Virus record (IMG/VR): IMGVR_UViG_2663763243_000008
Coordinates: 15,814 to 79,813 of that record
Strand: one strand, 5' to 3'
DNA: 64,000 nucleotides
Source: a virus
Lineage: Duplodnaviria > Caudoviricetes
The notes below the pieces were generated by a model. That model did not search any database, was not told where the DNA came from, and worked only from the letters and a program-made list of their open reading frames with translations. Position numbers and translations under genes: made by a program. Positions 28,305-37,147 of the stretch are shown in pieces (the first letter of the stretch is position 1; each line of letters opens with the position of its first letter).

Positions 28305-28320
28305 AACAGAGGCAAGACCA

Positions 28321-28545
28321 ATGCTTACATCTATCGACAAAATCACCTGGCGCAACGGATTCCGGCTTAACGGCCAACCGGCAAGCATGGTTGACATCGC
28401 CCCTATTTTTGCCGGGCGTCAGGTAGCCGCCTATAGCGTGTGGGAGCAGTATGAACAAAAGAAAGCCGACCTGCGCGGGATGAACCTATCGCCTGACGAT
28501 TATCAGTCTGCCTGTCGGCAAATAGCCGAAGCGCTAGGGATCTGA
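28321..28545 (+). CDS. Hypothetical protein
   Basis: ORF preceded by the AGAGGCAAGACCA RBS motif. Confidence 0.7.
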   Translation: MLTSIDKITWRNGFRLNGQPASMVDIAPIFAGRQVAAYSVWEQYEQKKADLRGMNLSPDDYQSACRQIAEALGI

Positions 28546-28547
28546 CT

Positions 28548-29522
28548 ATGAGCATGAATCTAATGGCTCGGGCCATGAATATCAAAGTCGGCAACCCGTT
28601 ACGAAAGTTAGTGCTGATAAAATTAGCTGATAATGCGAACGATCAGGGCGAGTGCTGGCCATCGGTTCCCTACATTGCCGATCAGTGTGAAATATCCGAA
28701 CGCTCGGTACAGAATCATATTCAAGAACTGGTCAAAAGTGGGCTGGTTAGGATTGAAGAACGTAAATCTGATAATGGCCTGAATCGTTCAAATGTTTATC
28801 ACCTGCGCTTAAATTCCGCTGGTGCAAATGCTGCACCCTATGGTGAATCTCCTGCACCCTCTGGTGTAAATGGTGCACCGGTTAGTGGTGCAAATGCTGC
28901 ACCCAGAACCAGTCACTCTTTTGAACCAGTCATAGATCCAAATACACCCCTTACCCCTCAAGGGGAAACCGAAAATATTCTCGCTGACGCTGAAAAGGCT
29001 TTGGCGTATTACAACGAACTCACTCACACTCGGTGTGAAGATTCTAGCCCATTCGAAACCTTGCTGACGGCAACGAAATCACGCAAAGCCTACGCGCTGG
29101 CTGATTTGCAACTGGTGGCCCTATGGGTAGTCAGCACATGGAAACCCCGCAACGGCAAGTATGCCAAACCTGCGAATATCTGCCGTGTAAACCGGTTCGA
29201 TGGTTATCTGGCTGATGCCCGCGCATGGTCTGAGTCTGCCGGGCGGATTGATTGCGATGAGGTCATTGCTGCGTATAACCGTGTATTCAGCGATGTTTTG
29301 CCACCGGCTGAAATCGATCAGGACCGTAAACACGCCATCCGCGAATTACTCCAATACCTCAAAACCAAAGACCTTGAAGCGTTCCAGAGCTACTTCGAAG
29401 CCTTTCGCGGACAGGCAACCGTGTTTTATTTCGGTGGTGATGATGGGGCAGGCTGGCGGGCAAACTTTGATTATCTGATGAAACCGGAAGTTTTAAGAAA
29501 AACCCGTGATGGTGCGCTATGA
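28548..29522 (+). CDS. Replication initiator (O-like, HTH)
   Basis: KLVLIKLADNANDQGECWPS; internal iterons; WRANFDYL. Confidence 0.9.
   Translation: MSMNLMARAMNIKVGNPLRKLVLIKLADNANDQGECWPSVPYIADQCEISERSVQNHIQELVKSGLVRIEERKSDNGLNRSNVYHLRLNSAGANAAPYGESPAPSGVNGAPVSGANAAPRTSHSFEPVIDPNTPLTPQGETENILADAEKALAYYNELTHTRCEDSSPFETLLTATKSRKAYALADLQLVALWVVSTWKPRNGKYAKPANICRVNRFDGYLADARAWSESAGRIDCDEVIAAYNRVFSDVLPPAEIDQDRKHAIRELLQYLKTKDLEAFQSYFEAFRGQATVFYFGGDDGAGWRANFDYLMKPEVLRKTRDGAL
28821..28903. repeat. Replication origin iterons (4 x GGTG-N7-TGCACC)
   Basis: Copies at 28821, 28842, 28863 and 28887. Confidence 0.8.
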
Positions 29523-30880
29523 ATGCATACGATTTAGAGTCAGCGGTAGTGGGTGGCCTGCTGCTCGGTGGCGCTACACCAGATGCCTATGACGTTATTG
29601 CCACTTTGCCTGAGGACGCCTTTAATACGGCATTCTTCCGCCGCGTGTATATCGAGATTAAGCGTCAGGCGCTGGGGACGTCAGTCATTGATCCGATCTT
29701 AGTCGGCGAGTCGATGGGGGGTGATGATTTTGCCAACGTCTTAAGCACAGCAAAAAGCTGTTGGAGCGCTGCAAATCTCAAGGGCTATGCAGACCTGGTT
29801 CGCGAATATTGGCATGTACGTGCGTTGACGGCAGCAATCCAAAAAGGGCAGCAGCAATTGGCCGCCTCTCACAGTCATGAACAGGCCAAGTTTGCTGTAG
29901 CTGAATTCATGGTCACCATGACCGAATTAACAAGCGAAAGTGGCGGCTTAATGCCGGTACACATCAAGGAATTGATGGATACCTATGTCGACACGCTGGA
30001 AAAACGGAACTTAGGCGCAGAAGAAACCCGCATGATCATGACCGGCATTGAACCGCTGGATCAGTTGACCGGAGGCTTTAACCCCACCGATTTAATTATA
30101 CTGGCCGGACGCCCCGGCATGGGTAAAACAGAGTTGGCGTTAAGCATGATTAACGGCATGACCCGTAATGGTGGTGGCGCTTTGTTGTTCTCTATGGAGA
30201 TGGCAGCACAGCAGATTACCGAACGTACCATTGCCGGATCTGCCCAACTACCCGTATCCAAATTGCGTTCTGGCGTACTTTATGAGGAGGATTGGGCGCG
30301 CATATCTAACAGCCTTGGCGAGTTGGTTAATCAGGATATTTGGATTGTTGATGCCAGCGAACTCACCATTGATCAGATACGCGCCATTTCTGAAACGCAT
30401 AAACGCCGTTACCCGCACTTGAGTGGCGTATTTGTTGATTACATGGGGCTAATTACCACACCAAAAGCTGAGCGGCATGATCTGGCCGTTGGCAAAATAT
30501 CCGGTGGCCTCAAAGCCCTTGCAAAACGCATCCATACGCCTGTTATCGCCTTAAGCCAACTATCTAGAAAGGTGGACGAAAGGCCCGCGGGTATGCGTCG
30601 TCCCGTTCCCGCCGATCTGCGTGACTCTGGTTCTGTTGAACAAGACGCTGACCGAATAATTTTCACCTACCGCGATGTTATTTATAACCCACTCAGTCCA
30701 GCCAAGGACTACGCCGAATTGATTTTAGCTAAAGATAGATTTGGCATTCCGGGTGTCGTGTACCAGCAATTTAAAAATGGGCATTACATGCCAACTAACC
30801 AAACTAGTGCAGAGCAAGTATGCCGTATGCAGCAGGAAGCAAAATCAAACAATAGAAGTTACTCAACAAAAAAATTTTAA
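29519..30880 (+). CDS. dnaB: DnaB-like replicative helicase
   Basis: AGRPGMGKT, FSMEM, VDYMGL, LSQLSR, DLRDSGSVEQDAD. Confidence 0.95.
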   Translation: MNAYDLESAVVGGLLLGGATPDAYDVIATLPEDAFNTAFFRRVYIEIKRQALGTSVIDPILVGESMGGDDFANVLSTAKSCWSAANLKGYADLVREYWHVRALTAAIQKGQQQLAASHSHEQAKFAVAEFMVTMTELTSESGGLMPVHIKELMDTYVDTLEKRNLGAEETRMIMTGIEPLDQLTGGFNPTDLIILAGRPGMGKTELALSMINGMTRNGGGALLFSMEMAAQQITERTIAGSAQLPVSKLRSGVLYEEDWARISNSLGELVNQDIWIVDASELTIDQIRAISETHKRRYPHLSGVFVDYMGLITTPKAERHDLAVGKISGGLKALAKRIHTPVIALSQLSRKVDERPAGMRRPVPADLRDSGSVEQDADRIIFTYRDVIYNPLSPAKDYAELILAKDRFGIPGVVYQQFKNGHYMPTNQTSAEQVCRMQQEAKSNNRSYSTKKF

Positions 30881-30924
30881 CCGCGCCTGACCAGCGTTTA
30901 AGTAACCCCAAAAGAGGCAAGACC

Positions 30925-31305
30925 ATGAAAAAACGTGAACTAACTACCCGTGAATTGGCTGAGGTTATGCTGGGCCAAAGCATGAGCTACAGCCAGATTA
31001 TCGAGGCTATAGCTTTAAAATTCCCTAATGCTGAAATGCCTATTAACGTACTGCGTATCCGTGTGAGAAGCATGGTGCTCTCACCTCATGCAGACATTAC
31101 CCGCCGCAATGGTCGAAAGACTCAATACACCCTCAACAGTATCTCAGAGGATTTTTTCCGATTCTCTGACACACAAGTCAAACGCAATAAAAGCGAACCC
31201 CGAACTAAACCCGCCAGAATGCCATTTGATGATAAGGAGTTGGCGTACTGCTTGCGAGCATCCCGAATAAATCAACTGATGAGCACTGTAGGCATGGGGA
31301 GTTAA
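30925..31305 (+). CDS. Hypothetical (winged-helix-like) protein
   Basis: ORF preceded by the AGAGGCAAGACC RBS motif. Confidence 0.65.
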   Translation: MKKRELTTRELAEVMLGQSMSYSQIIEAIALKFPNAEMPINVLRIRVRSMVLSPHADITRRNGRKTQYTLNSISEDFFRFSDTQVKRNKSEPRTKPARMPFDDKELAYCLRASRINQLMSTVGMGS

Positions 31306-31309
31306 TACC

Positions 31310-31561
31310 ATGTCCGGGCAATCTGATTATCTCCCGCCCGGACTCCCGTACAACATTTGCCTCTGGCCTCAGGAATACCAAGAAAAGCTAAATCTTGATT
31401 TGAGAGCCAGCGGCTTAATCAAAAACCTGTACGAGCGCAGGACCAACCGCGCTCATGTACTTGAAGCGATTGAACGGGTACCGGTGCATTACCGAGAGTT
31501 TTTTAAAGAGCGCTTAAATTACTGGCGTGACCGTAGAGACCACAGAGGCGAGACCAAATGA
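31310..31561 (+). CDS. Hypothetical phage protein
   Basis: MSGQSDYLPPGLP start; coupled. Confidence 0.65.
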   Translation: MSGQSDYLPPGLPYNICLWPQEYQEKLNLDLRASGLIKNLYERRTNRAHVLEAIERVPVHYREFFKERLNYWRDRRDHRGETK

Positions 31562-32064
31562 ATATTTCAACCGATGGCATGATTGCTGCAATTCGTTCAG
31601 CAGCGGAAAGAGTGGAACCACGTGAAAGTGAGGTGCTAAACGGCATCGCTGATCGCATAGCGGAGCTGGTGACCTCAGCTAATAAGAACCGGCGCACAGC
31701 GAAGCATTATGAGCGGGAGTGTTTGGAGTGGCAGGGGAAATATAATGTGATTGTTGCCGAGAACGCAGCACTTCAACAATCCTGCGTCCATGTATATAAC
31801 GCTGGTTACAACAGGGGGCATCTGAATACGGTAGATGGCATCTCTTCATGTGGCGACTATGAAGAAGATGCATTTGAGGCGCTATACGAAGTAATTAGTG
31901 TCCCTGCAACCATTCTGGCTCTTAATGATGTAGAGGCGAGTGGTGTTGAAAAATTTGCGCAGCACCGTCACGTACAAGCCTTTGACGTTGGTGTAATGGC
32001 AGATACAGGCGAGATTTCCAATATTCTTGATTTCGCAGCAAGACTACGTGAGGGGGCGCAATGA
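31558..32064 (+). CDS. Ead/Ea22-like protein
   Basis: AENAAL...ASGVEKFA...FAARLREG motifs. Confidence 0.65.
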   Translation: MNISTDGMIAAIRSAAERVEPRESEVLNGIADRIAELVTSANKNRRTAKHYERECLEWQGKYNVIVAENAALQQSCVHVYNAGYNRGHLNTVDGISSCGDYEEDAFEALYEVISVPATILALNDVEASGVEKFAQHRHVQAFDVGVMADTGEISNILDFAARLREGAQ

Positions 32065-34226
32065 TCTGGCCTACTGAAGTTCAGCAATGTGCCTCATCAG
32101 TCATTCCTGTTCACCCAATGAGTGAGCCAGAGCAACAGCAGCTACTGGCCAATATGAACCAAATGTTTTTGACGCGAGAAGACCCGCGCAACATTCAAAA
32201 GGCGGCTCATGCATGGGCGCGGCGCAAAGAAATCACAGTTGCACGACCTGATTTGCAGGATGGTCTGGTTGTCGTTGGGTTCGCTGGTGGCGGTGGGAGC
32301 TGCGAGGGAATCAAGCAAGCATTAGGCTATGAACCACACATCGCGATGAACCATAATCCGGTAGCCATGGCGATGCATGCCATTAATCACCCGCGCACGC
32401 TGCATTACCCTGAGGATATTTTCAGTGTTGATCCGCTCATCTCAACGGGCGGTTTACCGGTATTACTGGGTTGGTTTAGTCCTGATTGCCGCCATTTCTC
32501 TAAGGCCAAGGGCGGAACGCCAGTCAAGAAAGAGATTCGTGGTCTGGCATGGGTCGTATTGCGCTGGGCGCTGGCAGTACGCCCACGTTTTCTGATGCTG
32601 GAGAACGTCGAAGAATTTCGCGGCTGGGGGCCACTTTTGACGGATAGTGAAGGCAATCACCGACCTGATCCAGCCCGTAAAGGCGAAACGTTCAAAGCGT
32701 TTATTGGCATGCTAGGTACTGGGATTGATGCTAATCACCCCGCACTGGTCGAAGTGTGTGAATTCTTGAAGATAGATATCAATGGCCCTGAAGCAGCAAG
32801 GTTGGTTTCAGGGCTGGGTTATAACGTTGATCACCGGGAACTGAAAGCCTGTGATTACGGCACACCCACTATTAGAAAACGGTTGTTTGTGGTTGGGCGT
32901 TGTGACGGTGAGCCAGTTGTCTGGCCGGAGCCAAGCCACGGCGCACCCAACTCTACTGATGTGCTTTCTGGCATGCTGCAACCTTGGCGAACGGCGGCCG
33001 AATGTATCGACTGGAGCCAGCCAACACGTTCTATTTTCGGTCGCAAAAAGGATTTGGCTGATAACACCTTGCGGCGCATCGTCAAAGGATTACAGCGGTT
33101 TGTTATTGATAACCCCGATCCGTTTATTGTGCGACTGGGACAAACTGGTTTTGGTGGTGACCGTCTGCAATACCCAATAGACCAGCCACTAACCACAATT
33201 ACCAGTAAGGCCGAGCATTTGTTGCTGGAGCCGTATGCGGTGAAGTGCAATCACACCAGCACCAAAACCAAATATGATTGTTTCCGTGGGCAGTCATTGC
33301 GCGATCCGTTACAGACCATAACCAGAACGCATGGTTTTGCTATTGCTGCGCCGGTAGTTGTACGTCAGTTCGGTAACAGTACGGCAAATGATATCAATAC
33401 GCCGCTGGGTACCGTTACAGCGGGTGGGGGCGGTAAAAGCCAGTTAGCCAGTGCGGTATTGGTGGGGGCCGGTGGCCCAACATACTCAGGAAAACCACGA
33501 GATATCAATTCACCAATCAACACCATTGCTACTCAGTCACATACAGCAATCGCCACTGCTAACCTTGTTAAGCATTACGGTGGAAATTACACCGGTGCAG
33601 GCATCGATATTAACGAGCCATTGCATACTATCACTACGGTCGATCACCATGCGCTTTGTACATCTCACCTGGTACAACTGCGTGGTACATGTCGCGATGG
33701 TAAACCCATCACCGAACCGGTACCGACTTTAACCGCGGGCGGTAATCATGTCGGACTGGTAAACGCATTTCTGACCAAGTATTACGGCACTGGCGGCGAG
33801 GTGGATTTATCAGAGCCGATACATGCTGTGACAACCAAAGAACGTTTTGGCTTGGTGGAAAGCAATCTTGATGCCGAACCACTGACCGACGAGCAACGCT
33901 ACAACGCATGGAACTGCGCGCGGCTGGTGGATCATTTCAGCGATTTGCCGGACGACTGGCATTTATTCCCTGCACCACGGCCACAATTTCTATCGGTAGG
34001 CGAATACATCATCGTTGATATTTGTATGCGCATGCTGATTGCGCGTGAACTGTACAACGCTAGTGGGTTCCCGCCAGACTACATTATTGACCGAGATATT
34101 GACGGCACAATCTGGCCTAAATCTGAGCAGGTGGCAAGGTGTGGTAATGCGGTACCGCCACCTTTTGCCGAGGCATTGGTAAGGGCGAATATGCCAGAGT
34201 TGTGTATTTGGAGGATGGCGGCATGA
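32061..34226 (+). CDS. DNA cytosine-C5 methyltransferase
   Basis: FAGGGG, SPDCRHFS, LENVEEF, RKRLF, CGNAVPP. Confidence 0.92.
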   Translation: MIWPTEVQQCASSVIPVHPMSEPEQQQLLANMNQMFLTREDPRNIQKAAHAWARRKEITVARPDLQDGLVVVGFAGGGGSCEGIKQALGYEPHIAMNHNPVAMAMHAINHPRTLHYPEDIFSVDPLISTGGLPVLLGWFSPDCRHFSKAKGGTPVKKEIRGLAWVVLRWALAVRPRFLMLENVEEFRGWGPLLTDSEGNHRPDPARKGETFKAFIGMLGTGIDANHPALVEVCEFLKIDINGPEAARLVSGLGYNVDHRELKACDYGTPTIRKRLFVVGRCDGEPVVWPEPSHGAPNSTDVLSGMLQPWRTAAECIDWSQPTRSIFGRKKDLADNTLRRIVKGLQRFVIDNPDPFIVRLGQTGFGGDRLQYPIDQPLTTITSKAEHLLLEPYAVKCNHTSTKTKYDCFRGQSLRDPLQTITRTHGFAIAAPVVVRQFGNSTANDINTPLGTVTAGGGGKSQLASAVLVGAGGPTYSGKPRDINSPINTIATQSHTAIATANLVKHYGGNYTGAGIDINEPLHTITTVDHHALCTSHLVQLRGTCRDGKPITEPVPTLTAGGNHVGLVNAFLTKYYGTGGEVDLSEPIHAVTTKERFGLVESNLDAEPLTDEQRYNAWNCARLVDHFSDLPDDWHLFPAPRPQFLSVGEYIIVDICMRMLIARELYNASGFPPDYIIDRDIDGTIWPKSEQVARCGNAVPPPFAEALVRANMPELCIWRMAA

Positions 34227-34576
34227 CTGACACCAAGGAACGGGCTACGGCCCGTAAACGCCTACAACGGCAAAAAGAACGTGAGAACGGCAGTTATAAA
34301 TTAATAGCGACGATAGACCAGCAAGAAAAGGAAATGTTACAGCAGAACTGCGCCTTGCGTCGGCCGCAGCGCGAGCCGTATGACATGGACGAGTACATAA
34401 CTATGTTGATACGCAAAGATAACGCAGAGCTACAGGCGCAGCTCAAAGAGCAAGCTGGGCGCAAGTGCGGTAAATGTGGCGATGCCCTACCTGGTGATAG
34501 TCAGGGCTGTGCATTTATAGGTGAAAGTGAATGCTGGCAAACTCTTGGCTGGCATGAGACTAAATTAACTATATAG
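34223..34576 (+). CDS. RHH-like DNA-binding protein with Cys4 motif
   Basis: Homologue of 12489-12833 (RKRxQRQ, PY..xEY..LIRxDN, CxxCGDxLPGD, SECWQTLG). Confidence 0.75.
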   Translation: MTDTKERATARKRLQRQKERENGSYKLIATIDQQEKEMLQQNCALRRPQREPYDMDEYITMLIRKDNAELQAQLKEQAGRKCGKCGDALPGDSQGCAFIGESECWQTLGWHETKLTI

Positions 34577-34601
34577 TGATGCGACATGTCACATAACTAT
34601 A
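34572..34601. repeat. 30-bp imperfect palindrome centred on TGCGACATGTCACA
   Basis: TATAGTGATGCGACA|TGTCACATAACTATA, overlapping the stop codon of the RHH/Cys4 gene. Confidence 0.85.
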
Positions 34602-34618
34602 ATAAATGGAGATAAAGA

Positions 34619-34882
34619 ATGAAGTTTGCGGATAATGAGAATATGAAAAAAAAGATTATTGAAGATTTTCAGCGTCTTCAAAAACAGATATATGTGGATG
34701 GAGATTACATTACATTGAATGTTGACTATCCATATCAGATACCTTTGTCTTCATGTTCGACACATGAGGCAATTTTAAGCCATGTTATTCAATTATCCGA
34801 AAAGAACTGGATGGACTTAAAATTGATAAATTATTTTATAAAAATCGCCGCAGGTGCAAATAACATCAAGATTAATTTATGA
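34619..34882 (+). CDS. AT-rich hypothetical moron
   Basis: 87 aa, GGAG RBS, low GC relative to flanks. Confidence 0.65.
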   Translation: MKFADNENMKKKIIEDFQRLQKQIYVDGDYITLNVDYPYQIPLSSCSTHEAILSHVIQLSEKNWMDLKLINYFIKIAAGANNIKINL

Positions 34883-34985
34883 TTAATGTTTGATGAGTCT
34901 AATTAGCTGATATAATCATTATCGCCAGCCTGAACAACTGGCAACCTAAATATCGTGCTGCTGTGCCATACATCCGGGGGCGGAA

Positions 34986-35579
34986 ATGGCACAGTATAGT
35001 TTTACCAAATCAACAGGTGGGATCTTGGTACCGGCCACGCCGGATGCTGAGGATTTTGTCAAAAATACCAAGCTGGGGACTATTGTCACTGGCGAATTTA
35101 AACGTGTGCGTAATGCGCCGTTTCACCGTAAATTCTTCTCGTTACTCAACCTTGGCTTTGAATATTGGGAGCCAAAGGGTGGGGCGATATCACCATTCGA
35201 AGTAAAATTCCTGCGCGGCTATGTAAGCCAACTTATTTCCTATGTGGGGAATGAGGGCGTACTTCATGAAATAGCTGACGATTATCTGGCGCTGGTGGCC
35301 GGTAAACGAGCGGCGAACTTATCTACAGCAAAATCATTCCATGCTTTCCGCCGTTGGGTGACTGTCGAGTCAGGACATTATGATCTGTTCGAATTACCGG
35401 ACGGCTCAACGCTGCGTGAGCCCCGTTCTATTTCATTCGCAAAAATGGACGAGCTGGAATTCAACGATTTATACAAATCAGTGCTGAATGTTCTGTGGAC
35501 TTTCATTCTCAGTAAATCATTCAGTCATCCATCCGAGGCGGAGAACGCCGCCAGTCAATTAATGAGCTACGCAGCTTAG
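34986..35579 (+). CDS. DUF1367 family nin-region protein
   Basis: RVRNAPFHRKFFSLL, PRSISFAKMDE. Confidence 0.85.
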   Translation: MAQYSFTKSTGGILVPATPDAEDFVKNTKLGTIVTGEFKRVRNAPFHRKFFSLLNLGFEYWEPKGGAISPFEVKFLRGYVSQLISYVGNEGVLHEIADDYLALVAGKRAANLSTAKSFHAFRRWVTVESGHYDLFELPDGSTLREPRSISFAKMDELEFNDLYKSVLNVLWTFILSKSFSHPSEAENAASQLMSYAA

Positions 35580-35587
35580 GAGCAATC

Positions 35588-35872
35588 ATGGCTAATTTAC
35601 GCAAAGAGGCAAAGGGCCGTGAATGCCAGGTCCGTATTCCTGGTGTGTGCAATGGTAACCCTGAAACAGTGGTGCTGACTCATTATCGGCTGGCAGGAAC
35701 CTGCGGTACCGGAATTAAACCCTCTGATGAACAGGCCGCGTGGGGATGTAGTGCATGCCATGACGAATGTGACCGGCGCACTCGTTTAATTGATGGCGAC
35801 ACGGCACGCCTATATCACGCCGAGGGCGTTATGCGCACACAGAATATATTGAGAAAGGAAGGAAAATTATGA
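35588..35872 (+). CDS. DUF1364/YbcO-like nuclease
   Basis: LRKEAKGRECQVRIPGVCNGNPETVV, CSACHD. Confidence 0.85.
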   Translation: MANLRKEAKGRECQVRIPGVCNGNPETVVLTHYRLAGTCGTGIKPSDEQAAWGCSACHDECDRRTRLIDGDTARLYHAEGVMRTQNILRKEGKL

Positions 35873-36441
35873 TTTATCCAACGACGTGCGGTAAGGCTGA
35901 TGGCAACGAGTTACACTTAAATACGTTAGAGCTTATTTGGCTCAAGGGTAAACTGAAGATGTGGGGGCGCTGGTCTCGCATAGCAAAAACGGGTGGTGCT
36001 CAGGGGGTATTCTCCCGATTATTGGCTAAACAACAAATAACTAAAGCCGCATTAAAAGCAGCTATTAGCCAACTGAGAAAATCAGGCTTATCCAGAGAGG
36101 AGCTGTTCGAGATATTTGGAGACCTTAACAACCCCAAGGCCCACAGTAATCTAATCTATTGCACTGATGATGAGGGGTTACTAATGGATTCGGTTGTTGG
36201 CTTGGTTCTACAATCAACCCCTGGGTTAATTGGTATACTGCAACAGCATTATATTTTTAAAAAGAAACGCTACACGATGGCAGAAGAAATGCAGGAAGCG
36301 CACCCAGACCTATCAATTTCAACGTGCCGCCGCCGTATTGATGTATGGATTAATACCGCCGAATACATGCTTTATCGCCCCATGAGCGACGCTTTTGATA
36401 AAGACATAAAAAGATTCGAGAAAAAAACTTTGACTATTTGA
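35869..36441 (+). CDS. Late antiterminator Q (DUF1133-like)
   Basis: WLKGKLKMWGRWS, CTDDEGL, TCRRRIDVW; position before pR'. Confidence 0.75.
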   Translation: MIYPTTCGKADGNELHLNTLELIWLKGKLKMWGRWSRIAKTGGAQGVFSRLLAKQQITKAALKAAISQLRKSGLSREELFEIFGDLNNPKAHSNLIYCTDDEGLLMDSVVGLVLQSTPGLIGILQQHYIFKKKRYTMAEEMQEAHPDLSISTCRRRIDVWINTAEYMLYRPMSDAFDKDIKRFEKKTLTI

Positions 36442-36457
36442 ACAAAAAATATATGAT
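36430..36457 (+). promoter_or_regulatory. pR'-like late promoter
   Basis: TTGACT...TATGAT at the end of Q. Confidence 0.55.
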
Positions 36458-36505
36458 TTAGACATAAGCTCGCGGAGCTATACACGCAAGCGACGAAATT
36501 AAAAG

Positions 36506-36530
36506 AAACCCGCCATCTGTGCGGGTTTTT
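36506..36530 (+). terminator. tR'-like terminator
   Basis: AAACCCGC...GCGGGTTTTT. Confidence 0.75.
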
Positions 36531-36880
36531 CTATTTTTGGCCTCACCAATCGGTGGGGCTTTGTCATTTCTGGAGGATAGGAAAATGCTGTAGCAAAACG
36601 GTTAGGCCGCACGTATATGTCGCAGTCATGATGCGACCCCGAATACCCAAAGTTGCGGGTAGCCAGTCTCAGGTAAAAAGCTGGGGGCGAACTGGTGAGG
36701 GTTAATGGGAGAAATCGCACCGGTAAAGCAGTTAGCAAGCCACACTAACACCGGTTATTAGCGGCTTAAGGCGGCAGAGACTCAAGGGCATGAGCGTGGC
36801 CACTGCGAGAAGTGGCGATACTTTTTCAGGCTGCGCTTTTGCGTGGCCTTTTTTATGCCAACCGGTACCGGGGGGTGAGG

Positions 36881-37147
36881 ATGAAAAACATGCAGGAGAG
36901 GATTGCAGACAATGCCACTTATGGCGGCGGTATCGGCTCAGTTTTATTTAGTTTGATTAACTACCTTGCCCCGAGCGAATGGATGATTTTAGGCATTATC
37001 GTTGGCATCATCACCACGATAATCGGGTGCGCTTCTGGCGTGTGGTTTAAGTGCCAGCGGCAAAAACTCCTCAGAGAGTACCTTAATCGGAAAAACAAAA
37101 ACCTGACAGATGAAGAGATGCACATATTGATGTCGGAGGATCGTTAA
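36881..37147 (+). CDS. Holin (two TM, M-K-N-M dual start)
   Basis: Two hydrophobic segments, upstream of a SAR endolysin. Confidence 0.8.
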   Translation: MKNMQERIADNATYGGGIGSVLFSLINYLAPSEWMILGIIVGIITTIIGCASGVWFKCQRQKLLREYLNRKNKNLTDEEMHILMSEDR

